Shown here: positions 1 to 7,583 of the stretch, one piece after another
Layout: every line of letters starts with the position of its first letter
How positions within the stretch are numbered: position 1 is the stretch's first letter
Program-made: the position numbers and the translations under genes
The notes under the pieces: model-generated
Database searches by the model: none
Told to the model about the DNA's origin: nothing
What the model saw: only the letters and a program-made list of their open reading frames with translations
Source: Bdellovibrionia bacterium
Lineage (GTDB): Bacteria; Bdellovibrionota; UBA1018
Assembly (NCBI GenBank): GCA_045805065.1
Contig: JBJMMA010000227.1
Coordinates: 1-20,594, forward strand
Direction: 5' to 3'
DNA: 20,594 nt

Positions 1-767
1 ACATATTGGAAGATGCTCTTGCGCTCGATGTGCTTGAGGAACGCTCCGATCACCAGAAGCCCCGTGAACATCGTCACGATGATCGCAACGACAAAAGAGA
101 GCCAGCTTGTGTCCATCATGGGTTGCGCGGCATGAAAATCGATCTGCTGGAACTCATGCACGGTTTGAACGACGAGAAGAGGGGCAAGCGCAAAGAAGGC
201 GAACTTGGCTGCAGCCTCGCGGTTATAGTTTCTGAACATCGCCGCAATCCAGGTTGCGCCCAGGCTCCCGATGCCGACAAAAATGGTGCTCAGTTGAACC
301 ACGCCCACAATGAGCGAGTCGAGCCAGTTCCAATCAAACATGCCTTTGTTCTTGCGGCTCATGGATTCTGAAAACGACAGAATCACGCTGAAGACGGCAA
401 GTGACGCCGCGATTGTCAGAGGCGTCCACTCGATATGAACCACATGTTCCGTGAGCGCAGGACCTGCAATCAAGACCGGAACCGTTGCGATCAGGATAAA
501 GAGCGGAAGCCGCTCGTCCAGGGTCATCGGGCGTTTTCTGAAGATCACGACCTGCAGGATGCAGGAGATCTGGCTTGCCCAGTCGTGACGGAAGTAAACC
601 AGAAGCGCGAGCAGTGCTCCCAGGGAAAGCGCTCCATTGATCGCACCCGTTGCGGCTGGCCAGTGAGTGACAAATGGGAAGAGCTGCTGATGGGCTTCCC
701 AGCTGATGGGAAGAAATTGAGTGAAACCACGCAGGATGGCGTAAACGATGGCTTGGAAAGTGGTCAT
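1..767 (-). CDS. uppP: UppP/BacA (undecaprenyl-diphosphate phosphatase) family membrane protein with degenerate catalytic motifs; 3' end outside the window
   Basis: Manually translated from ATG at 767: MTTFQAIVYAILRGFTQFLPISWEAHQQL...LALLVYFRHDW...DSLIVGVVQLSTIFVGIGSLGATWIAAMFRNYNREAAAKFAFFALAP. This matches the BacA framework (GxTxFLPIS..H, 'vYFr', 'IG.aQ', 'ReaAa.FsF...P'). The frame stays open to position 1 (about 255 codons) and is hydrophobic throughout. Absent from the ORF track. Confidence 0.85.
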   Translation of the reverse strand, partial: MTTFQAIVYAILRGFTQFLPISWEAHQQLFPFVTHWPAATGAINGALSLGALLALLVYFRHDWASQISCILQVVIFRKRPMTLDERLPLFILIATVPVLIAGPALTEHVVHIEWTPLTIAASLAVFSVILSFSESMSRKNKGMFDWNWLDSLIVGVVQLSTIFVGIGSLGATWIAAMFRNYNREAAAKFAFFALAPLLVVQTVHEFQQIDFHAAQPMMDTSWLSFVVAIIVTMFTGLLVIGAFLKHIERKSIFQY

Positions 768-776
768 ATATGACCA
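761..776. promoter_or_regulatory. Perfect 16-bp palindrome TGGTCATATATGACCA over the uppP-like start codon (candidate operator)
   Basis: 761-768 TGGTCATA is the exact reverse complement of 769-776 TATGACCA. Confidence 0.45.
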
Positions 777-803
777 ATTTACCTGCGCCGGGGGCGAACG
801 CAA
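776..803 (-). promoter_or_regulatory. Candidate sigma70-type promoter of the uppP-like gene
   Basis: Minus strand reads TTGCGT-N16-TAAATT, ending 8 nt before the ATG; no clear SD sequence. Confidence 0.35.
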
Positions 804-817
804 AAGAGAAAGAGCGC

Positions 818-1123
818 TTAGTTAGCTTTCTCTTGAATCAAGACGTAGGGTTGAACAACCAGAGTCGAAAACCGCTTCCCAGGATTTTGCTCCCAGGTGC
901 GAACCTGAGTGGGAGAGGGCTTGGAGAGAAGCTCGCGCCCGATCCAGTCCTGTACCGTTTTTGCGTCATCTTCGGCGATCTTGATTCCCACTTCGATGAT
1001 GTTGAGATCTTGGGAGACTACAACGACTGCTTGCCGCTCGGCGTGGGGGGCGATCCAGTTCCACTCGGCTTGATCGAGCGACTCTTCGAGCGTGGTCTTC
1101 AAATCTTTCTTAAGCTGGGTCAT
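818..1123 (-). CDS. DUF2288 family protein
   Basis: 101 aa with 'AEWNWIAPHAERQAVVVV..DL.IIEVG..IAEDD...VQ.WI...LL.KP' and C-terminal 'VVQPYVLIQE', as recalled for DUF2288. Its start overlaps the upstream stop (TGATG). Confidence 0.8.
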   Translation of the reverse strand: MTQLKKDLKTTLEESLDQAEWNWIAPHAERQAVVVVSQDLNIIEVGIKIAEDDAKTVQDWIGRELLSKPSPTQVRTWEQNPGKRFSTLVVQPYVLIQEKAN

Positions 1124-3969
1124 CAGTAGTAAACTCCCGTGTTTTCATCGAAGAGACCAATGCCCAAAGCTTCTTTGCCACCAGCGCCTGCACTATTCGT
1201 CACATTGGCTTGGCTGTACTGTCCGCCAACCATTAAGCTTCCGGCGGAAGGTGATTCAATCGAGCTCACATAATTATTGCCGGTGTTGTACATATTGTAC
1301 AGATGAGGGTCAAAGCCAGCATTGAACAGTCCTTGAGTCAGATCAAAGGCCATCAGTGATGAGCCGGATGACCCGTCCGCTAAGCCGCCGATGTAAAGAT
1401 ACCCGCCTGACGCTAGAAGAGCGTAGGTTTTGAGCATGCCTGACGGGAGGATGTCAGTCTGACCACTCGACCAAGTCAGAGAGGCGCCGCTGGTTGCGCT
1501 GATTTTCTTAATCAGTGCAACTGGGCTGCCACCTGACGTGAGGGTAGCAACTGCAAGGTCACCTGATGGAAGAAGGGTCATGGTTTGAACGCCTTGAGTG
1601 AGGCCTGCATTGCTCCAGCCGGCAATAGCGCTTGAGCCTGAGGTATTTAAGGCCACAAGTCCGTTATACGTTCCTGCGTTGACTATGTTAAATGAGCCTC
1701 CCACGAAAACGCGATCGGATTTGGCGATAATAGCGTTTACGGAAGGTGGGCCACTTGCTGCTGTGACGGTAGGCGTCCAGCTGCCATCATAGGTCAGGTT
1801 GCTCAAACTGAGTCTTGCCAATCCAGGGAGCGATCCTTGACCTGCCATGCTATTGAAAGTCCCGCCGACGTAAAGGGAGACGTTGTCTGAAGAGAGCGCG
1901 ATCGTGTTTACGTCTTCACCTGAATAAGTATTCGGATGGACTTCATTTAGTAACGAAGCAGAAGCAGTGGATGTAAATTTTTTCACGCCTCCAAGAATAG
2001 AGTGAGCGCTATCCGCTTTGTAGCCTACGAAGATAGCCGAGCCATCTGTCGCCAGCGAAGTTCCTTCTCCCATGCTGCCAGTGGGCGCCCAAGCCGTTGG
2101 AGTGCCCGAGGAGAGATCGAAAGCTGCAATGTTGTTTCTCAGGTTACCTCCAATGGAATGGAAGTCTCCGCCGACATAGAGTCTGCCTGCGGCATCAGGA
2201 ACAATAGTTTTGACTGAACTAAGTGCATTGGTATTAGCCGAGAATATCGCGCTGGCTGACGGTGCAGTGGACGGATTTGAGAACGCAATCACGCCTTGTT
2301 TGATTGGCGTCGCAGAAGTCACCGCAAATTTTCCTCCAATGTAAAGCATTGGAGTTGGCGTCAAAGTGGACAAGGCGAGGGTATTGATCGTCTCGCTGGT
2401 GTTTGCAGTAAACAGGTTGGAAGCCCCCGTGCCTGTCGCTAGATCAAAGCGATATACTTTTGGGCCAGGGCTGAAATTCACTGCCGCAAAGAGATTCAGA
2501 CCATCGCTTACGACAGAGCTGACACTCATGGATCCGGTCATGATAGTAGGATTTGCGTTCCAGGTTGCGTCAGTTGCTCCGGTCGCGCCATCCACACGTG
2601 CCAGATGATTTCGTGTTGCTGAATCTGCAAAGGCTGTAAAGTTGCCGCCCAAGTAAACGCTTGAAGCACCATTGGAGAGGACGGCATTGACCATATTGTT
2701 TGGATCAGGATGCCAATTACCATCCAGCGCAAGAGGGCTGAGAGCGATTGCTACAGCATGTTGATGAGTGCCTCCTGCATAGGAGAAATAACCACCCACA
2801 TAAAGACGATTCGAGCTAAGGCTAATGGAATTGACAAGTGGGCTCGCTCCAAACGTAGCGATAAAGCCCAGGTCGGCGGTAGTTTTAGTTTCTAAGTTAA
2901 AATCAGCCAGTGCCAATGCCGCATTGGCGCTTGCAGAATTGTACGTGAGTTGAGTAAAAGATCCACCTAAATACAAATGGGCACCATCTCGAAGGCAAGT
3001 ATTGACTGCGCCCGTATCCAGCTTGATGACAAAGCTTTTATCCCAGGAGCCATCGCTTGCAATGTGGAGAACTCCAGCGTTCGTGAACAGCGTGCTTTCG
3101 ACGCCTGTGAAAGATCCGCCTACATAGTAGCCGCCCCATCCATCAGGGGTAGCGCAATTCACGACTCCATTGATGTGAGCAATGTTGGAGCCTGCGATCG
3201 AGCCCGTGGTTTGAGAAAGCATGACGCCACTGTGGGTGTTTGGACCGATGTAATCAAATTTGCCTGTGACAAAAGTCGAGCCGTTGACAGTCTTTGAAGC
3301 GTTGACCGTGCCGGGGCCGGTTCCTGCGTAAACTCCCCAAAGATGAGTGCCATCGTCCGTGCCGTTGGAGCGTTTGCATTGATCGAACGCACGTTTGGCG
3401 GACGTGGAGCTATAGCTTGCTTTGATGGTTACACTGGCGTCGCTGAAAATGTCCTGGCGAGTGCTGCCAATTTCGTAAAAATGTCCAACGTTCTTGAAGT
3501 TAATGGCGCCATCCTGAAGCATGTCGCGAAAATTTGGGCAGCCAATCAGGCTCTTAACGCCAAGAATCTTGATCGTGCGGTCTGGGCCAGCTGGAACGAC
3601 AAGATCGATCGATGCGTTTCCGTTAGGAACAAAACCACCTAAAATCGCAGGAGCGTCGGCAGGATCTGTACAGCTGACATTGGGATCAAGATTAATCCCT
3701 GGGCCATTCACATTCACTGCGAAACAGTCAAATTCAGATAAGCTTGCGGGATCCGTGTCCAGATTCGATGAGGTCGTGGGACTTGCCCAGGCCAGGCTGA
3801 TCCACTCGGTCATGCTTTTCAGGATTGGGTTTTGGACGAAGTTTGCGCCAGGAAGCGCAATCGTCAGCGTCTGCTGCTGGCCATTGGATTTCAGCGAGCA
3901 GGAGCTTGCAATCACTGCAAGAGCGAGCACACTCAGGGTCTTGGATTTTTTCAGCGAAACGTACAACAT
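1123..3969 (-). CDS. Large secreted lipoprotein: N-terminal Cys-containing domain plus 14 'LYVGGxF'-type beta-propeller repeats
   Basis: 948-aa ORF with a basic N-terminus, hydrophobic stretch and lipobox-like IASSC. Repeats of about 50-60 aa have the core (L/V)(Y/F)(V/I/L)GGxF. Rich in Ser/Thr/Gly/Asn. Confidence 0.8.
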   Translation of the reverse strand: MLYVSLKKSKTLSVLALAVIASSCSLKSNGQQQTLTIALPGANFVQNPILKSMTEWISLAWASPTTSSNLDTDPASLSEFDCFAVNVNGPGINLDPNVSCTDPADAPAILGGFVPNGNASIDLVVPAGPDRTIKILGVKSLIGCPNFRDMLQDGAINFKNVGHFYEIGSTRQDIFSDASVTIKASYSSTSAKRAFDQCKRSNGTDDGTHLWGVYAGTGPGTVNASKTVNGSTFVTGKFDYIGPNTHSGVMLSQTTGSIAGSNIAHINGVVNCATPDGWGGYYVGGSFTGVESTLFTNAGVLHIASDGSWDKSFVIKLDTGAVNTCLRDGAHLYLGGSFTQLTYNSASANAALALADFNLETKTTADLGFIATFGASPLVNSISLSSNRLYVGGYFSYAGGTHQHAVAIALSPLALDGNWHPDPNNMVNAVLSNGASSVYLGGNFTAFADSATRNHLARVDGATGATDATWNANPTIMTGSMSVSSVVSDGLNLFAAVNFSPGPKVYRFDLATGTGASNLFTANTSETINTLALSTLTPTPMLYIGGKFAVTSATPIKQGVIAFSNPSTAPSASAIFSANTNALSSVKTIVPDAAGRLYVGGDFHSIGGNLRNNIAAFDLSSGTPTAWAPTGSMGEGTSLATDGSAIFVGYKADSAHSILGGVKKFTSTASASLLNEVHPNTYSGEDVNTIALSSDNVSLYVGGTFNSMAGQGSLPGLARLSLSNLTYDGSWTPTVTAASGPPSVNAIIAKSDRVFVGGSFNIVNAGTYNGLVALNTSGSSAIAGWSNAGLTQGVQTMTLLPSGDLAVATLTSGGSPVALIKKISATSGASLTWSSGQTDILPSGMLKTYALLASGGYLYIGGLADGSSGSSLMAFDLTQGLFNAGFDPHLYNMYNTGNNYVSSIESPSAGSLMVGGQYSQANVTNSAGAGGKEALGIGLFDENTGVYY

Positions 3970-4002
3970 AAATCACCGCCTACTCAATGGAATTGATTCT
4001 GA

Positions 4003-5082
4003 TCAGTTCGTGGTAATCACCACTCGAAGTTTTTTGAGAGATCCTTGGGTGTTGATCGCAGGTTGATTGAAAATCTGGTTAGGTCCCAGTGCACCAGGAA
4101 TATTGAGATCGATCGGGCGCACGGGAGGAGGAGGTGGGAGCGGAACTTCCGTAGAAGCCAAGACTCGATGGATTCCATCAGGAGAGGGAGCCAGGCCAGG
4201 GCCGCCGCTGCTTGCAGGAGATCTGCTTCCCTGACCGCCTTGATTGGAGTTTTCGACAATGACTGCCTTTTGGAAAGTCGTGTCGACGACTTTTGCCTCA
4301 GTGGCAATCGTTTTCATTTGGCCTGCATCCATCATTTTTGGAGCAGTAATAGCCGCGCTCCCCAGAGCCGTTGAGATCTGATTGCCGGCAGTCAGGCTTA
4401 CGATGCCTGCGCTCGAAGGGTTGCGACCTGCGGTCATTGCGCTTGCATTGAAATCGTGTTTGCCAACGTCCACTTTTCCCTGAAGCACGGTGACTTCAGT
4501 AGAGGACTTCAGATTGGGCTCTTGTGACGCTAAAGCAGCGGGCGGCAAGGTGCCGGAGGTATTCTTCAAAAGTTTGCCAACATCCTTGAGATCGCTGACT
4601 TCGGATTTGACGACAAACTCGGTGCCGCGAACACCCATGGTTGCGCTCGGGGTTTTGACCTTGAACTTGCCTTTGCCTTCAAGCTTCTGAGTAACGGCTG
4701 CGCGCATGGTGCCATAGACCATGCTCACATCGACTTCACGATCGGCTGCGCCTTTCTTTCCTTTGAAGTCATCGATCTTGAAAAGAGCGGATGGGCCCAA
4801 GTCGATGATGCTCTTGTCTTTCATGAGGACTTTAATGCGGCCGTCGCTACCGGTATTGATTACATCCTTGATGTAGATCACATCGCCGGCCTTCGCGGTT
4901 CGCATTTTTGCCTGTTGCGCATCCGAGCGAAGAAGGACTGTTCCTGAGACGCTGACAATATCGCCAGCGGGTGCGCTCTCATTCGCGTCTGTTGCCCACG
5001 ACGAAGTCGAGAGACAGAAAGGAGAGGCCATCAGGGAGATGGTTGTCAGGAAACTGGGTATAGAACGAAGTACGTGCCGCAT
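4003..5082 (-). CDS. Secreted FecR-domain protein with Pro-rich C-terminal tail
   Basis: FecR motifs 'GDVI...D.INTG.DGR', 'LGPS', 'VKTPSATMGVRGTEF', 'VTVLQGKV'. Start moved to ATG 5082 (MRHVLR...SSWA signal peptide), which removes the overlap with the divergent gene. Confidence 0.8.
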   Translation of the reverse strand: MRHVLRSIPSFLTTISLMASPFCLSTSSWATDANESAPAGDIVSVSGTVLLRSDAQQAKMRTAKAGDVIYIKDVINTGSDGRIKVLMKDKSIIDLGPSALFKIDDFKGKKGAADREVDVSMVYGTMRAAVTQKLEGKGKFKVKTPSATMGVRGTEFVVKSEVSDLKDVGKLLKNTSGTLPPAALASQEPNLKSSTEVTVLQGKVDVGKHDFNASAMTAGRNPSSAGIVSLTAGNQISTALGSAAITAPKMMDAGQMKTIATEAKVVDTTFQKAVIVENSNQGGQGSRSPASSGGPGLAPSPDGIHRVLASTEVPLPPPPPVRPIDLNIPGALGPNQIFNQPAINTQGSLKKLRVVITTN

Positions 5083-5125
5083 TTTATCATGGTAAGTCGG
5101 CTCTTCCAGTCTTACAATTTGTGTC
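5083..5125. promoter_or_regulatory. 43-bp divergent promoter region with back-to-back -10 boxes
   Basis: Plus strand: TACAAT (5113-5118) 7 nt before ATG 5126. Minus strand: TACCAT (5094-5089) 6 nt before ATG 5082. Neither side has an SD. Confidence 0.5.
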
Positions 5126-6730
5126 ATGGGTAACACAGGGGGAAGAGGACTGAGACAGGCTTTAACGGGTCTAGCATCTGTGTCCTTTTTGTATCCGCTT
5201 ATTCTCACTAGCGTGGCTTTCGGAGAGGAATCCCACCCCGGAATGAACGCAGAAGTCCTTTATTCTGAGGCTGTCATTGCTTTGAGCCGCAAGCAGACGC
5301 AGCAGGCTTTGGATACTTTGGACCAGCTTTTAAAGGAGTTTCCAAAGAATACCGAGGCTTTGGAGCTGAAGGCGCTGACCCTGAAGAACGAGGGCAGTGC
5401 GGATCTTGCGATTGAGTCTTATAAGAAGCTTATTCAACTCAAGCCAAGCTCCGAACGAGGGCCGTATCACTTTGAGCTTGGGATGATTTATAACCGTCAA
5501 AAAAATGCCGCTCAGGCGCGATACCATTTCGCGATGGCGCTCAAGCTCAAGACCAATCCAACGATCAGTCGGTTTTTTCTGGCCATGCTGAGCTATGAAG
5601 ACGGGCGGTATAAAAACGCAGAGCTTCATTTCCGCAGAGTGGCTCATGACGATACAGGCGAGCTCAAGCTGATCTCGCATTATTACCTTGGTCTGATTGA
5701 GCTCAAGACCGGTTACTCCCTGGGCGCAACTCGCGATCTTCGTGAGGCAAGAAACCTTGCCAGCGCAATGCCTGAGAACAAGAACGCGAAAGAGATCATG
5801 ACATCGTCCGATCAGATCCTGGCGCCTTTTGGAAAGCCACAATGGTTTGCCAACTTGGCGATGCTGGGCGGATATGATTCCAATATCTCCCAAGTGCCGA
5901 CCAGTCTTGCGACTTCCAATCAGGTGTCAGGACGTTCCACCGCGAAAACGACGCTCTCTTTGGGTGTTGGGCACATGACCGCTCCCATGGACACGGTCCA
6001 ATACGTGACCAATTATCGCTTCAATCTGAACAAGAACTTCAGCTCCGATACGCGCAATTATGAGTTTGCGACCAACACGCTCTCATTTTATGCCAATTTC
6101 CTTCCTTTGAACCCGACCCAGGGTGGCTTCAAGGTGGAAGGAAGCTTCATGTTTCAGAATCAGCCCCAGGATAATGCGTCGGCAACAGATGCGAACGCTC
6201 GTTATACCTACGGAAAGTATAATCTGAGCGCTGAAATCGGACCTTTCTTTCGGTATCAGCCCTCCCGACAGATCAGTACCGAGCTCGATGTTTATCTCAG
6301 GCCTCAAAAGTATTATCAGATCGATGGACAGTCGGGGACCGCGATCTTTACTCGCGCAAGCATCCGCTGGGATCTCTTTCAAAATTGGTTCAATCCAAGC
6401 GGATCTCTGAGTTACGAGAGTAATCACGCTAAAAGCGGGGATTATCGCGAAAACAGTATTGGAATCGGCGCATCCAACCTGTTCAAGATCACTCCTGTCG
6501 ATAGCTTGAATTTCTACTTTGATTTCACTTCGACCAAATATCCGGAGTACTCTGCGGGATCGGTTCGTGCGGATAAAAATTACGCCTTTCGCTTGAACCA
6601 TGCTCACACGATCAACGCGAAATGGACGCTTCTTGCGGATCTGACCTATACGCTGAATCGCTCCTCGGTTGCTGAGACTTATACCTACAACCGGCTCCAA
6701 AGCGGTTTGGGTATCAGCTGGTCGCTCTAA
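5126..6730 (+). CDS. TPR-repeat protein with C-terminal outer-membrane beta-barrel (Slam/DUF560-like architecture)
   Basis: 534 aa with a signal peptide (..SVAFG/EE). About 200 aa of TPR helices ('HFELGMIY', 'HYYLGLIE') are followed by 'GGYDSNI' and amphipathic aromatic-rich strands ending 'SGLGISWSL'. Confidence 0.75.
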   Translation: MGNTGGRGLRQALTGLASVSFLYPLILTSVAFGEESHPGMNAEVLYSEAVIALSRKQTQQALDTLDQLLKEFPKNTEALELKALTLKNEGSADLAIESYKKLIQLKPSSERGPYHFELGMIYNRQKNAAQARYHFAMALKLKTNPTISRFFLAMLSYEDGRYKNAELHFRRVAHDDTGELKLISHYYLGLIELKTGYSLGATRDLREARNLASAMPENKNAKEIMTSSDQILAPFGKPQWFANLAMLGGYDSNISQVPTSLATSNQVSGRSTAKTTLSLGVGHMTAPMDTVQYVTNYRFNLNKNFSSDTRNYEFATNTLSFYANFLPLNPTQGGFKVEGSFMFQNQPQDNASATDANARYTYGKYNLSAEIGPFFRYQPSRQISTELDVYLRPQKYYQIDGQSGTAIFTRASIRWDLFQNWFNPSGSLSYESNHAKSGDYRENSIGIGASNLFKITPVDSLNFYFDFTSTKYPEYSAGSVRADKNYAFRLNHAHTINAKWTLLADLTYTLNRSSVAETYTYNRLQSGLGISWSL

Positions 6731-6777
6731 CGGTAGAAAATAAAAAATTAACCCCGCTTGCTTGCCGTGTCATGCCT

Positions 6778-6793
6778 TGGAACGAGGTTTGCT
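6778..6793 (+). promoter_or_regulatory. Sigma-54 (RpoN) -24/-12 promoter
   Basis: TGGAAC-GAGGT-TTGCT matches TGGCAC-N5-TTGCW with one mismatch and the exact GG-N10-GC spacing. It is intergenic and about 80 nt upstream of ATG 6875. Confidence 0.65.
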
Positions 6794-6874
6794 TGGATTG
6801 GGAGCCTGTTCGTCATGGAAACCCAGTATGGGTAATAACGACGAACAATCCAAGGAAGGTCTAAGGGTAGTAAT

Positions 6875-7558
6875 ATGAAGCAGTTCTCTCGTATCGGGGC
6901 TTTGGTCTTATTGGGATCGGCACAAGTTCTGGCCGCTCTCGCTCTCTTCGGCAGCTCGGCGCCAGCCGCGGAATCCACTCCGGCGCCGTCTTATGTTCGG
7001 ATCTCCCGAGCATTTTTCGAAAAACCTCTCCATGCTCAAGTTAAATTGAGCGCTCCTAATTCAACCGCTAGTTCAAACGGGTCCGATTCAAAAACTTTTG
7101 ATAGCGAAGTGGAATGGATTCAATATCCGCCAACCACTCCCGCTCCTCAAACGAATAACTCAGAGTTGGGCCAGGTATTGGCGGATTTCAGAGACTTTGT
7201 CGCTTGTGCGGAAATGTCATCTCTGGGTGAATCCAGGCTTTGCTTCAAGGTCATGGCCGATGTCTCCAATCTCGGAGTGAATGACAACGAGATGACATTG
7301 CGTGGAGTGGATACGATCTCAACCGAGACCGCACTCTTTCCTACCGGCGCTCAATGCTCGGCTACGGCCTCACAAAATGCTGCGCCTACGCCAAGCGCGA
7401 GCACACCAGGCACCACCAAAACTGCAGCGGACGGTGGACCTCCATCGCGCTACAAACTGCAAAAAGCGACCGTCTCAGCCAACTCACTCGAGCTTGAGTT
7501 CAAGTACTCGGATGGTTGCGGACCGAACGTTCAATTGACGCTGACTCAGGTCCCATGA
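6875..7558 (+). CDS. Hypothetical secreted protein
   Basis: 227 aa with an N-terminal signal peptide (..SAPA/AE), four Cys and Pro/Thr/Ser-rich linkers. No family recognised. Confidence 0.7.
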   Translation: MKQFSRIGALVLLGSAQVLAALALFGSSAPAAESTPAPSYVRISRAFFEKPLHAQVKLSAPNSTASSNGSDSKTFDSEVEWIQYPPTTPAPQTNNSELGQVLADFRDFVACAEMSSLGESRLCFKVMADVSNLGVNDNEMTLRGVDTISTETALFPTGAQCSATASQNAAPTPSASTPGTTKTAADGGPPSRYKLQKATVSANSLELEFKYSDGCGPNVQLTLTQVP

Positions 7559-7583
7559 TTTGATCATGGGACATCATGATCAA
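7550..7583. repeat. Two overlapping inverted repeats spanning a stop codon and the next start codon
   Basis: GTCCCATGAT (7550-7559) pairs with ATCATGGGAC (7563-7572); TTGATCATG (7560-7568) pairs with CATGATCAA (7575-7583). Confidence 0.7.

Noticed and set aside
6..1129. Track ORFs 6-371, 435-773 and 770-1129 (+), 334-777 and 545-730 (-)
   Set aside because: Antisense or off-frame shadows of the uppP-like and DUF2288 genes, with no recognisable motifs.
5083..5208. Longer FecR start at 5208 or 5127
   Set aside because: These starts would overlap the divergent TPR gene and bury the signal peptide; ATG 5082 fits better.
6815..6874. Possible c-di-GMP-I (GEMM) riboswitch suggested by GGAAAC...GGTCTAAG
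   Set aside because: It lacks the GNRA tetraloop/receptor and the conserved GCAAA-type core.
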